Shown here: positions 1 to 7,282 of the stretch, one piece after another
Layout of the letters: every line of letters starts with the position of its first letter
How positions within the stretch are numbered: the first letter of the stretch is position 1
From: an uncultured Deinococcales bacterium
GTDB lineage: Bacteria > Deinococcota > Deinococci > Deinococcales > JAAFIG01
Length of the DNA stretch: 10,135 nucleotides
NCBI GenBank assembly: GCA_964247135.1
Contig: CAXTTL010000179.1
Coordinates: 1-10,135, forward strand
Direction: 5' to 3'
The notes under the pieces: generated by a model
Databases searched by the model: none
What the model saw: only the letters and a program-made list of their open reading frames with translations
Told to the model about the DNA's origin: nothing
Made by a program: the position numbers and the translations under genes

Positions 1-1
1 T

Positions 2-640
2 AAAGAGAACGAAATTCAAACTGTGGCTTTGCGCGGCGCGAACCTCGAGGTGAAGCCAGGTGAGTTTGTGGCGGTGGTGGGGCGGTCTGGTTCTGGCAAA
101 AGCACCCTCTTTTCATTGCTGGCTGGTCTGGCTGAACCTACCGCTGGACATATCGAAATTGACGGGCGCGACATCACCAACCTGCCCGAATTCGAGCGCT
201 CAAGGTTGCGCCGTGACCGAATCGGTGTGACCTTTCAATCGGGCAACCTCCTGCCGTTCTTGAACGCACTCGAGAATGTCGAATTGCCGCTCGAGTTTGC
301 TGGAAATCAACAAGCCCGAAAACGGGCTAAAGACTTGCTCGAGGAAGTCGGTTTGGGAGCGCGTCAAACCTCGATGCCCGCGCAACTTTCTGGCGGCGAA
401 CAGGCTCGGGTCGCCCTGGCGATGGCGCTCGCCAACAATCCTGGTTTGTTGCTGGCAGACGAACCCACTGGCGAACTCGACACGCAAACTTCTGAGGAAA
501 TCATGCAAATGCTCGAGCGTCTCAACCTTGAACGCGGCGTGACCGTGTTGGTCGTGACCCACAACCCAGAATTGGCGACACGCGCAAGACGACGGGTGCG
601 AATCACCGATGGTGTGCTCGAGGAAGAGGTGAACGCATGA
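2..640 (+). CDS. ABC transporter ATP-binding protein, LolD/MacB (MJ0796) family; 5' end truncated by the window
   Basis: The frame is open from base 2 (KENEIQTVALRG...), so the true start lies upstream of the window and not at GTG 23. Motifs: Walker A GRSGSGKST, Q-loop TFQ, signature LSGGEQ, Walker B/D-loop LLLADEPTGELD, H-loop VVTHN. Confidence 0.95.
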   Translation, partial: KENEIQTVALRGANLEVKPGEFVAVVGRSGSGKSTLFSLLAGLAEPTAGHIEIDGRDITNLPEFERSRLRRDRIGVTFQSGNLLPFLNALENVELPLEFAGNQQARKRAKDLLEEVGLGARQTSMPAQLSGGEQARVALAMALANNPGLLLADEPTGELDTQTSEEIMQMLERLNLERGVTVLVVTHNPELATRARRRVRITDGVLEEEVNA

Positions 641-1371
641 ACCCGTTTCAAAGCAATCTCTCGAGTTTTTCAACGCCCCCAACTTCTGATATGAAGTACG
701 CTCTCGAGACGCACAATCTTTCACGGGTTTTCGATCTTGGCAAACATCAAGTCCACGCGCTCAAGAACGTCAATTTTCGCGTCCAGCCTGGTGAAAGTGT
801 CGCCATCGTTGGACCATCCGGTGGTGGCAAGTCCACGCTGTTGGCGTTGCTTGGTGGATTGGACACGCCCACCTCGGGTCAGGTGATGCTGGCGGGCAAA
901 GATTTGTACGCCATGACCGAACAGGAGCGCGTGCAACTCAGGCGCGGCTACCTCGGTTACATTTTTCAAGGCTACGACCTTCTGCCCGCCCTGAGTGTGC
1001 TCGAGAATGTTGCCTATCCGCTTCTTGTCGCTGGACTTGAACCTAAACAACGCACCGACCGCGCTCGAGCCATGCTGGTTGAGGTGGGACTCGAGGACAA
1101 AGAAGACTTTTTGCCCGACGAGCTTTCAGGTGGTCAGCAACAACGCGTCGGCATTGCGCGGTGTTTGGTCGCCGAACCGCACGTTGTTCTGGCGGACGAA
1201 CCCACAGGCAACCTCGACACCACCACCACGGGTGCGATCCTCGAGTTGTTGCGCGTTGCCACCCTCGAGCACGGCATGACCCTGGTGATGGTCACGCACG
1301 ACCCAGATGTTGCAAAAAGTGCCGACCGAACGGTAAGAATTCGTGATGGGATTTTGGAGGTGAACCCATGA
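637..1371 (+). CDS. Second ABC transporter ATP-binding protein, LolD/MacB family
   Basis: Motifs: Walker A GPSGGGKST, Q-loop IFQ, LSGGQQQRV, VVLADEPTGNLD, VTHD. ATGA overlap with the upstream stop and GAGGTG RBS at 626-631. Alternative start ATG 691 (MKYALE...). Confidence 0.95.
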   Translation: MNPFQSNLSSFSTPPTSDMKYALETHNLSRVFDLGKHQVHALKNVNFRVQPGESVAIVGPSGGGKSTLLALLGGLDTPTSGQVMLAGKDLYAMTEQERVQLRRGYLGYIFQGYDLLPALSVLENVAYPLLVAGLEPKQRTDRARAMLVEVGLEDKEDFLPDELSGGQQQRVGIARCLVAEPHVVLADEPTGNLDTTTTGAILELLRVATLEHGMTLVMVTHDPDVAKSADRTVRIRDGILEVNP

Positions 1372-4091
1372 GCAGTCTTTTCAATCACGCGGCGCGAAGT
1401 GTTTTTCGCAAGCCCGTCCAAACGCTGACCTACCTGCTGGGTCTGATGCTCGCCGTGGGCTTGTTCGTGGATACCCTATTTTTTGTAGACCTTTCCCAAC
1501 GCGACATGACCAAGAACGCGCTGGCACCCATTCAAGTGGACATGGTGGCTCGAGCCACGACGCCCGAACTTCCTGCTGGGGCGCTCGAGACAACCTTAAA
1601 AGGTCAAGCCATCGTCAAGTCTGGGGAATCGGTGGCAAATGCCGATTTCGCCTCACTCTCCAAGTTGGGCAGCACAAGCTCGAGTGCGGCGGGTAAAGTG
1701 TTTGCGCTGAACCAGTCTTATTACAAGACATTTGGCTTCTTGCCCATCGTTTCGGGGAAATATGATTCGACTGGCGCGATGGTCGGTGACGCCACCGCCA
1801 CGCAATTGGGGCTGAAGGTCGGTGATTCCATCAGCCTTAAATTTGCGGCAGGCATTAAAAGACCCTACACCGTAAAGATTTCTGGCATTGTCGGCATGGG
1901 GGTCAGCGAACCGCTGTTTTACAACCCAGACCCAGCCGGCGGCGAAGGTTACGGCGTTGTCGCCGATGTGGTTTTTATGCCACCGGTGATGTTTGAGCGT
2001 GACCTGTCCCCGACGCTCTCAAAACTTCCCATCACCACCTCGAGCGTCGGACAGACGGGTTCAAACGTGGTGCTGCTGCCCGTCGAACGGCAGGTGCATC
2101 TCAAGATTGACCAGAGCGGTCTGAATGCCGACCCAAGCAAAGCCTTGAAACAACTCGATGCTCTGCGCCGCAGCCTCGAGCGACCCTTTCCAGGGCAGGT
2201 GCGGGTGCAAAACAACCTCGCCAAAAAACTTGATAACGCTAAAAAGGATATTCTGGCAGCCAAAATGCTGTTCTTGTTCTTGGCGATTCCGGGCATCCTG
2301 CTGGCGGCGTACCTCTCCAAATACGCGGTTGAACTTTCAGCCGAACAGCGCCGACGCGAACTCAGCCTGCTGCGTGTTCGTGGTGCTGGAACTCGAGAGG
2401 TGCTGTTCATTACCGCCTTCACTGCCCTGATTCTGGCAGTCTTGGGCATCCTTTCGGGTTTGGTCTTTGGCACGTTAATGCTGGCGTTGACCCTTGGAAC
2501 GGGCGTGTTCACCGCCGCAAACCTCGAGCTTGTTGCGCCAAGTGTAGTCTGGGCGGCGCTGGGTGGTTTTGTCCTGACCGCACTTGCGTTCTTTCTGCCC
2601 GCTTGGGCGCAACTCCGTGGCGAGATTTCGGGCGCACGTCGCAGCGTGACTCGAGTGCAGGCAGCACCACTCTGGCGCCGCATGAACGCCGATTTTCTGA
2701 TGCTGATCGTGGCTGGAATCGTGTTGTACGTGACCGATGCCAATGGTGGTTTTAAACCGACTGGTACTGAAGGTACGGCGGTCACGCTCTCGTTTTACCT
2801 GTTCCTCGCGCCGTTTATGTTCTGGATTGGGGCGACCTTGCTTTTGATCCGACTGCTTGATTTGCTGCTGACTCGAGGTGCGCCTCTGGTCGCTCGGGTT
2901 TTGAAAGGCACGTTCGGAGAATTGGGTGTGGTGGCGGCTCGAGGCATGACCAGGCGCAGCAACGCGATGGGTTCTGCCGTGACCTTGACGGCACTTTCGC
3001 TTTCGTTCGGCGTGGCACTCTCGCTGTTTCTGGGGACGTACACCACGCAAAAGCAGGGCGATATTGCCTATGTGGTTGGCTCGGATGTGCGTGTTACCCC
3101 GCCTGCCAGCGCGAACCTGACACCCGAGTTTGCTAGCAAACTCGCGGCACTTCCCAATGTGACCAGTGCAACCGCCCTGGCTCGAGACCCCGTGGCGTTG
3201 ATCGGCAGCGAGAAAAAAAGTGTTTACGGCATTGACGTGACCAGCTTTGAACGAACCGCTTACCTGACAGGCGCCATGTTTGAAAACGGCAGCAGCCACG
3301 ACACGCTGCAAGCTTTGAAGAACACGCCAAATGGGGTGCTCTTGGCTCGAGATCAAGCCGATAAGTACGATATCAAGGTTGGTGATAAAGTCTTGATGCG
3401 CTTGTATAACCCGCGCACCGCACAATACGTGCCTCTCGAGGCGAAAGCGGTGGGGATTTACACCTACCTGCCCACCTCGAGCCAGGACGCGGATTTCGCC
3501 CTCAACCGAGACTTCATGACCAAGAGCGTTGGCACAGCCGGCGCAAATGTATTCTTGGTCAAAACTTCCAATCCAGTAGGTGTGACTTCGGGCATTCAGA
3601 GCACTTTTGGTTCGGGCTTGACCCTAAAGCTCGAGAATATCCTGACCGCCACCAAAATTGATTCGAGTTCGCTGACCAGCCTCAACCTGGCAGGACTGGG
3701 GAGCCTCGAGCGCTTGTACACGGCATTGATTGTCGCCGCAAGTTTGGGTGTGTTTTTAATCTCGATGTTGCAAGCCCGCCGCAAAGAGTTTGGCACGATG
3801 CGGGCGCTTGGCACGGACGAAACTCAACTCCGTACCTTGTTGGCGGCAGAAGCCCTGTCAATCTCGAGCATCAGCCTTGCCACTGGGGTTGGCATTGGTG
3901 CGGGCATTGCAGCCTTGTTTGTGATGCTCTTGCGGGTGATCTTCCTGATTCCACCAGTGGGTTTGACTTGGCAGGTTGGCGATTTGGGATTGCTGCTCGG
4001 ACTTTCGTTGTTGGGCATGATTCTTGGAGTGTTGTTGGCCAACCGCGCCCTCTCGAGATTGCGTGTCAGTGAGGTGTTGCGCGAGGTGTAA
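1368..4091 (+). CDS. Large FtsX-like/MacB-type ABC permease with two extracytoplasmic + FtsX-type membrane modules (907 aa)
   Basis: N-terminal TM, then a large soluble domain and the FtsX-type motif QRRRELSLLRVRGA with TMs. A second soluble domain follows, then the second motif ARRKEFGTMRALG and C-terminal ...VSEVLREV. ATGA overlap with the upstream gene, RBS GGAGGTG at 1356-1362. Confidence 0.9.
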   Translation: MSSLFNHAARSVFRKPVQTLTYLLGLMLAVGLFVDTLFFVDLSQRDMTKNALAPIQVDMVARATTPELPAGALETTLKGQAIVKSGESVANADFASLSKLGSTSSSAAGKVFALNQSYYKTFGFLPIVSGKYDSTGAMVGDATATQLGLKVGDSISLKFAAGIKRPYTVKISGIVGMGVSEPLFYNPDPAGGEGYGVVADVVFMPPVMFERDLSPTLSKLPITTSSVGQTGSNVVLLPVERQVHLKIDQSGLNADPSKALKQLDALRRSLERPFPGQVRVQNNLAKKLDNAKKDILAAKMLFLFLAIPGILLAAYLSKYAVELSAEQRRRELSLLRVRGAGTREVLFITAFTALILAVLGILSGLVFGTLMLALTLGTGVFTAANLELVAPSVVWAALGGFVLTALAFFLPAWAQLRGEISGARRSVTRVQAAPLWRRMNADFLMLIVAGIVLYVTDANGGFKPTGTEGTAVTLSFYLFLAPFMFWIGATLLLIRLLDLLLTRGAPLVARVLKGTFGELGVVAARGMTRRSNAMGSAVTLTALSLSFGVALSLFLGTYTTQKQGDIAYVVGSDVRVTPPASANLTPEFASKLAALPNVTSATALARDPVALIGSEKKSVYGIDVTSFERTAYLTGAMFENGSSHDTLQALKNTPNGVLLARDQADKYDIKVGDKVLMRLYNPRTAQYVPLEAKAVGIYTYLPTSSQDADFALNRDFMTKSVGTAGANVFLVKTSNPVGVTSGIQSTFGSGLTLKLENILTATKIDSSSLTSLNLAGLGSLERLYTALIVAASLGVFLISMLQARRKEFGTMRALGTDETQLRTLLAAEALSISSISLATGVGIGAGIAALFVMLLRVIFLIPPVGLTWQVGDLGLLLGLSLLGMILGVLLANRALSRLRVSEVLREV

Positions 4092-4322
4092 TGGCTTTCT
4101 TTTAATATCACGGTTTTACTCGTATTCCGATCAATTCCTAAACGTGCTTCAAAAACCAGGTGTGGTCGCCCGAGTCCCTTAACCTAGAACCTGTTTGGAA
4201 TTCAATGTCACGACAAATACCACCGACTGAACAAAGGCATGACTCTGCCAAGGTTTTGTCGGACATACGCAAGTTTACCTCTCGAGGTTTCCAACCACAG
4301 CCCGAGTTTTAAACTCAACTCC

Positions 4323-4340
4323 TGAACAAAATGAACTAAA
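4323..4340 (+). promoter_or_regulatory. Tandem direct repeat TGAACAAAA/TGAACTAAA, candidate response-regulator site
   Basis: A 9-bp period repeat ending 2 bp before the putative -35 box. A third TGAACAAA lies at 4228-4235. Confidence 0.45.
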
Positions 4341-4342
4341 GC

Positions 4343-4372
4343 TTGTCAGCCCATTGTCTGCTCACGTACACT
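4343..4372 (+). promoter_or_regulatory. Putative sigma70-type promoter of the importer operon
   Basis: TTGTCA (4343-4348), an 18-bp spacer and TACACT (4367-4372), upstream of ATG 4486. Confidence 0.55.
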
Positions 4373-4485
4373 CCCTTTCGACCACCAAATCAAAAAAACC
4401 GCTTTGCGAAGGCATTTATTGTCATTTCAATACGGACTGGTGTGTTGTTCACGGGTCGGTTGTGACTCGAGTGGAAAGGGATGCC

Positions 4486-5502
4486 ATGAAAAAGAGTACA
4501 CGTTTTTTGGTGATGGCTGGAGTGGCGCTGTTGCCGGTTGCTTTGATCGCGTTAAGCGGCGCGAGGGCGCAAAACTCGAAGGTGCGAATCATGGTTGGCG
4601 GCATGAACAAACAGATTTACTTGCCTGCCAAACTTGCGGAACAACTTGGGTATTTTAAAGCCCAAGGGATCGATGTCGAATTGCTCGACGAGCCGTCGGG
4701 CGTCAGCGCCGAGAACGAAATGCTGGCGGGGCAGGTGGATGGCGTGGTTGGTTTTTACGATCACAACGTTGACCTTCAGGCGCTGGGCAAAAACACCGAA
4801 TCGGTGGTGCAATTCAGCCGTGCGCCTGGCGAGGTCGAATTGGTCTCGAGCAAGATGGCTGGCACAATCAAATCGGCAAAAGATTTTAAGGGTCATACGC
4901 TGGGCGTGACAGGTTTGGGTTCTTCGACCAGCTTTTTAACCCAGTATTTGTCGGTCAAAAACGGCGTACCTGTTTCGGATATCACACTGCTGGCGGTTGG
5001 AGCGGGCAATACCTTTATTGCGGCAATGCAGCAGGGGCAGATTGATGCGGGCATGACCACCGAACCGACCATCTCGAGGATGCTGAAAACGGGTGATGCG
5101 AAGGTCTTGATTGACATGCGAACCCCAGAAAAAACCCAGCGTGCCTTGGGCGGGTTGTACCCTGCGGCGTGTTTGTACATGCCAACCGATTACGTCAATT
5201 CGCACAAGGTCGAAGTGCAAAAACTGGCGAACGCTTTTGTGAAGACCTTGGGTTACATTGCGCGACATACGGGCGCAGAGATTGCCGCCAAAATGCCGAA
5301 CGATTACTTGGTGGGCGACCCAGATTTGTACATCAAAGCGCTCGATGCGGGCAAGCGCATGTTCACCTTGGACGGTGTGATGCCCGACACGGGTCCTGAA
5401 ACAGTCTTGCGCGTGTTGGCAACTTTCAAAGCCTCTCTGAAGGGCAAGACCATTGATTTGTCTAAAACCTTCACCACCGAATTTGTCAAAAACGCAAAAT
5501 AA
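4486..5502 (+). CDS. ABC transporter substrate-binding protein, NitT/TauT (SsuA/NMT1-like) family
   Basis: Start reassigned from 4354 to ATG 4486, based on RBS GAAAGGGA at 4474-4481 and a Sec signal peptide MKKSTRFLVMAGVALLPVALIALSGARA-Q. Family-like segments: LGYFKAQGIDVEL, KDFKGHTLGVTGLGSST, GQIDAGMTTEP. Confidence 0.92.
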   Translation: MKKSTRFLVMAGVALLPVALIALSGARAQNSKVRIMVGGMNKQIYLPAKLAEQLGYFKAQGIDVELLDEPSGVSAENEMLAGQVDGVVGFYDHNVDLQALGKNTESVVQFSRAPGEVELVSSKMAGTIKSAKDFKGHTLGVTGLGSSTSFLTQYLSVKNGVPVSDITLLAVGAGNTFIAAMQQGQIDAGMTTEPTISRMLKTGDAKVLIDMRTPEKTQRALGGLYPAACLYMPTDYVNSHKVEVQKLANAFVKTLGYIARHTGAEIAAKMPNDYLVGDPDLYIKALDAGKRMFTLDGVMPDTGPETVLRVLATFKASLKGKTIDLSKTFTTEFVKNAK

Positions 5503-5519
5503 TTTTTAGACCATAAACA

Positions 5520-5550
5520 CGAGCCTCTCAAGTTTTTCTTGGGAGGCTCG
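5520..5550 (+). other. Intergenic 13-bp stem-loop between the binding-protein and ATPase genes
   Basis: CGAGCCTCTCAAG-TTTTT-CTTGGGAGGCTCG pairs fully with one G-U wobble. There is no 3' U tract, and it abuts the AGGAG RBS at 5551-5555. Confidence 0.8.
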
Positions 5551-5560
5551 AGGAGAGAAA

Positions 5561-6394
5561 ATGAAGACTGATTCTGGTGTGGCGATTGAGCTGAGTCATG
5601 TCAATCGCCGTTTTATTTCGCCTGACGGGACGTTGTTGACGGCGTTGCGAGATTTTTCGATGACGGTGAGGCGCGGCGAGTTTTGTGCGGTGGTCGGTCC
5701 GACGGGTTGCGGCAAATCGACCACGCTCGGTTTGATTACGGGCTTGGCGCGTCCGAACGATGGCGAGGTGCGGGTGATGGGCGTGCCAGTCTCCAAAATT
5801 GATCCGCGCATCGGTTTTGTCTTTCAACAAGACGCCGTTTTCCCCTGGAAGAGCGTGCTCGAGAATGTCGCCTCGGGTCCGTTGTTTCGTGGCACACTGC
5901 GCCCGCAGGCGCTCGAGAAGGCTCGGGATTGGGTGGCTCGGGTTGGCTTGGCGGGTTTTGAACAACACTATCCGCATCAGTTGTCGGGGGGAATGCGCAA
6001 GCGCGTGGCGTTGGCGCAGACGTTTATCAACGAGCCCGAAATTCTATTGATGGACGAGCCGTTCAGTGCGCTTGACGTGCAAACTCGAGTCTTGATGCAG
6101 GATGAACTCCTCAACCTTTGGGCGGCGAGCAAAGCCTCGGTGGTGTTTGTGACCCATGATCTCGAGGAGGCAATTGCGCTGTCCGACCGGGTGTTTGTGC
6201 TGACTTCGGGTCCTGCCACGGTCAAAGCGGTGTATGACATTGATCTGCCGCGCCCGAGGATTACCTCCGAGATTCGGTATGATCCCAAATTTATCGAGAT
6301 TTCCAAGGTGATTTGGAACGATTTGCGCGAGGAGGTGCTTGTGGCTTACGAACGTTCCATGAAAGTTGCTGGCGCGAGAAAGGCGGCGGCATGA
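5561..6394 (+). CDS. ABC transporter ATP-binding protein, NitT/TauT (TauB/SsuB-like) family
   Basis: Motifs: GPTGCGKST, VFQQDA, LSGGMRKRV, LLMDEPFSALD, VTHD and the family-typical C-terminal DLPRPR. RBS AGGAG. Confidence 0.95.
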   Translation: MKTDSGVAIELSHVNRRFISPDGTLLTALRDFSMTVRRGEFCAVVGPTGCGKSTTLGLITGLARPNDGEVRVMGVPVSKIDPRIGFVFQQDAVFPWKSVLENVASGPLFRGTLRPQALEKARDWVARVGLAGFEQHYPHQLSGGMRKRVALAQTFINEPEILLMDEPFSALDVQTRVLMQDELLNLWAASKASVVFVTHDLEEAIALSDRVFVLTSGPATVKAVYDIDLPRPRITSEIRYDPKFIEISKVIWNDLREEVLVAYERSMKVAGARKAAA

Positions 6395-7248
6395 GCGAAA
6401 TAACCACGCGTTCAGTGCCTGCAAGCACTTCACCGCTCGAGGTTGCGGCGGCGCTCGAGGTGCGCAGACGCAAAGTGTTGATCACTTTTTTAAGAATCAT
6501 GGTCAGTGTGGTGTTGTTTGGTGGCTGGGAATTGCTGGCACGACTGAAAATCATTGATACGTTTTTTTACTCGATGCCCTCCAAGATTCTCGAGCAAATC
6601 TGGACGTGGATCACGCTAGGCACAGCCCAAGGTCCGTTGTATCAGCAAATTCTGGTGACGCTCGAGGAAACCGTGCTGGGTTTTCTGATTGGCGCGGTGC
6701 TGGGAATTATTGCGGGCATTGGTCTGGGCAGGAACAAATTGTTGGCGGATGTTTTTAGTGTTTACATCCGAATTGCCAACTCGATTCCTCGGGTCGTGCT
6801 GGGTTCAATTTTTGTGATTACGTTGGGGCTTGGAATGCAGTCCAAGGTCGCGCTGGCGGTGGTGATGGTGTTCTTTGTGGTCTTCGGCAATGCCTTCCAG
6901 GGTGTGCGCGAGGCAGATCGCAATTTGATTGCCAACGCCAGAATACTGGGCGCATCGCCGCATCAGGTCACGATGAACGTGATCATTCCGTCCGCCATGA
7001 GTTGGATTCTGGCAAGCTTGCACATCAGCTTTAGTTTTGCGCTGGTGGGCGCGGTGGTCGGCGAATTCCTCGGCTCGAGACAGGGCATCGGTCTGATGAT
7101 TTCAACGGCGCAGGGCAGCTTCAACGCGGCTGGCGTATTTGCCTCAATGGTGATCCTCGCCGTGGTCGCGCTGAGCGCCGAGTATTTAATCACCGCACTC
7201 GAGAACAAACTCATCAAATGGCGACCCGCAAACCTGGTCGAAAATTAA
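6391..7248 (+). CDS. ABC transporter permease, NitT/TauT (TauC/SsuC-like) family
   Basis: Start reassigned from 6313 to ATG 6391 (ATGA overlap with the ATPase stop). Multiple TM helices, an EAA-loop-like segment GVREADRNLIANARILGAS, and VVGEFLGSRQGIG. Confidence 0.93.
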   Translation: MSEITTRSVPASTSPLEVAAALEVRRRKVLITFLRIMVSVVLFGGWELLARLKIIDTFFYSMPSKILEQIWTWITLGTAQGPLYQQILVTLEETVLGFLIGAVLGIIAGIGLGRNKLLADVFSVYIRIANSIPRVVLGSIFVITLGLGMQSKVALAVVMVFFVVFGNAFQGVREADRNLIANARILGASPHQVTMNVIIPSAMSWILASLHISFSFALVGAVVGEFLGSRQGIGLMISTAQGSFNAAGVFASMVILAVVALSAEYLITALENKLIKWRPANLVEN

Positions 7249-7258
7249 GTTTGAGCGG

Positions 7259-7264
7259 TAGACT
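7259..7264 (+). promoter_or_regulatory. Candidate internal -10 box (TAGACT) for the two-component genes
   Basis: A TAnnnT hexamer in the 34-bp gap between the permease stop and the first possible kinase start. No convincing -35 box was seen. Confidence 0.3.
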
Positions 7265-7282
7265 GCCTAAAACATCGCGAAA

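Noticed and set aside
1949-3425. Long minus-strand ORFs (278 aa and 316 aa) and the other antisense or alternate-frame ORFs
   Set aside because: They shadow well-supported + strand genes and show no recognisable motifs.
4091-4105. TAATG stop-start overlap giving the mini-ORF MAFF*
   Set aside because: Only four codons with poor RBS spacing, so it is indistinguishable from chance.
4184-4203. CTAGAACCTGTTTGGAATTC, reminiscent of an IS5-family end
   Set aside because: No convincing partner repeat (only a gapped weak match at 4133-4150) and no transposase fragment nearby.
4205-4312. 35-codon ORF MSRQIPPTEQ...QPEF* in the intergenic region
   Set aside because: No RBS and no recognisable features.
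4354-4485. 44-aa N-terminal extension of the binding protein in the ORF track
   Set aside because: It overlaps the putative promoter and 5' UTR. The RBS and signal peptide fit ATG 4486.
4380-4485. Roughly 105-nt 5' UTR as a possible riboswitch
   Set aside because: No recognisable aptamer consensus, strong helix or terminator was seen.
6313-6390. Permease start at 6313
   Set aside because: It overlaps the ATPase by 82 bp. ATG 6391 gives the usual ATGA coupling.
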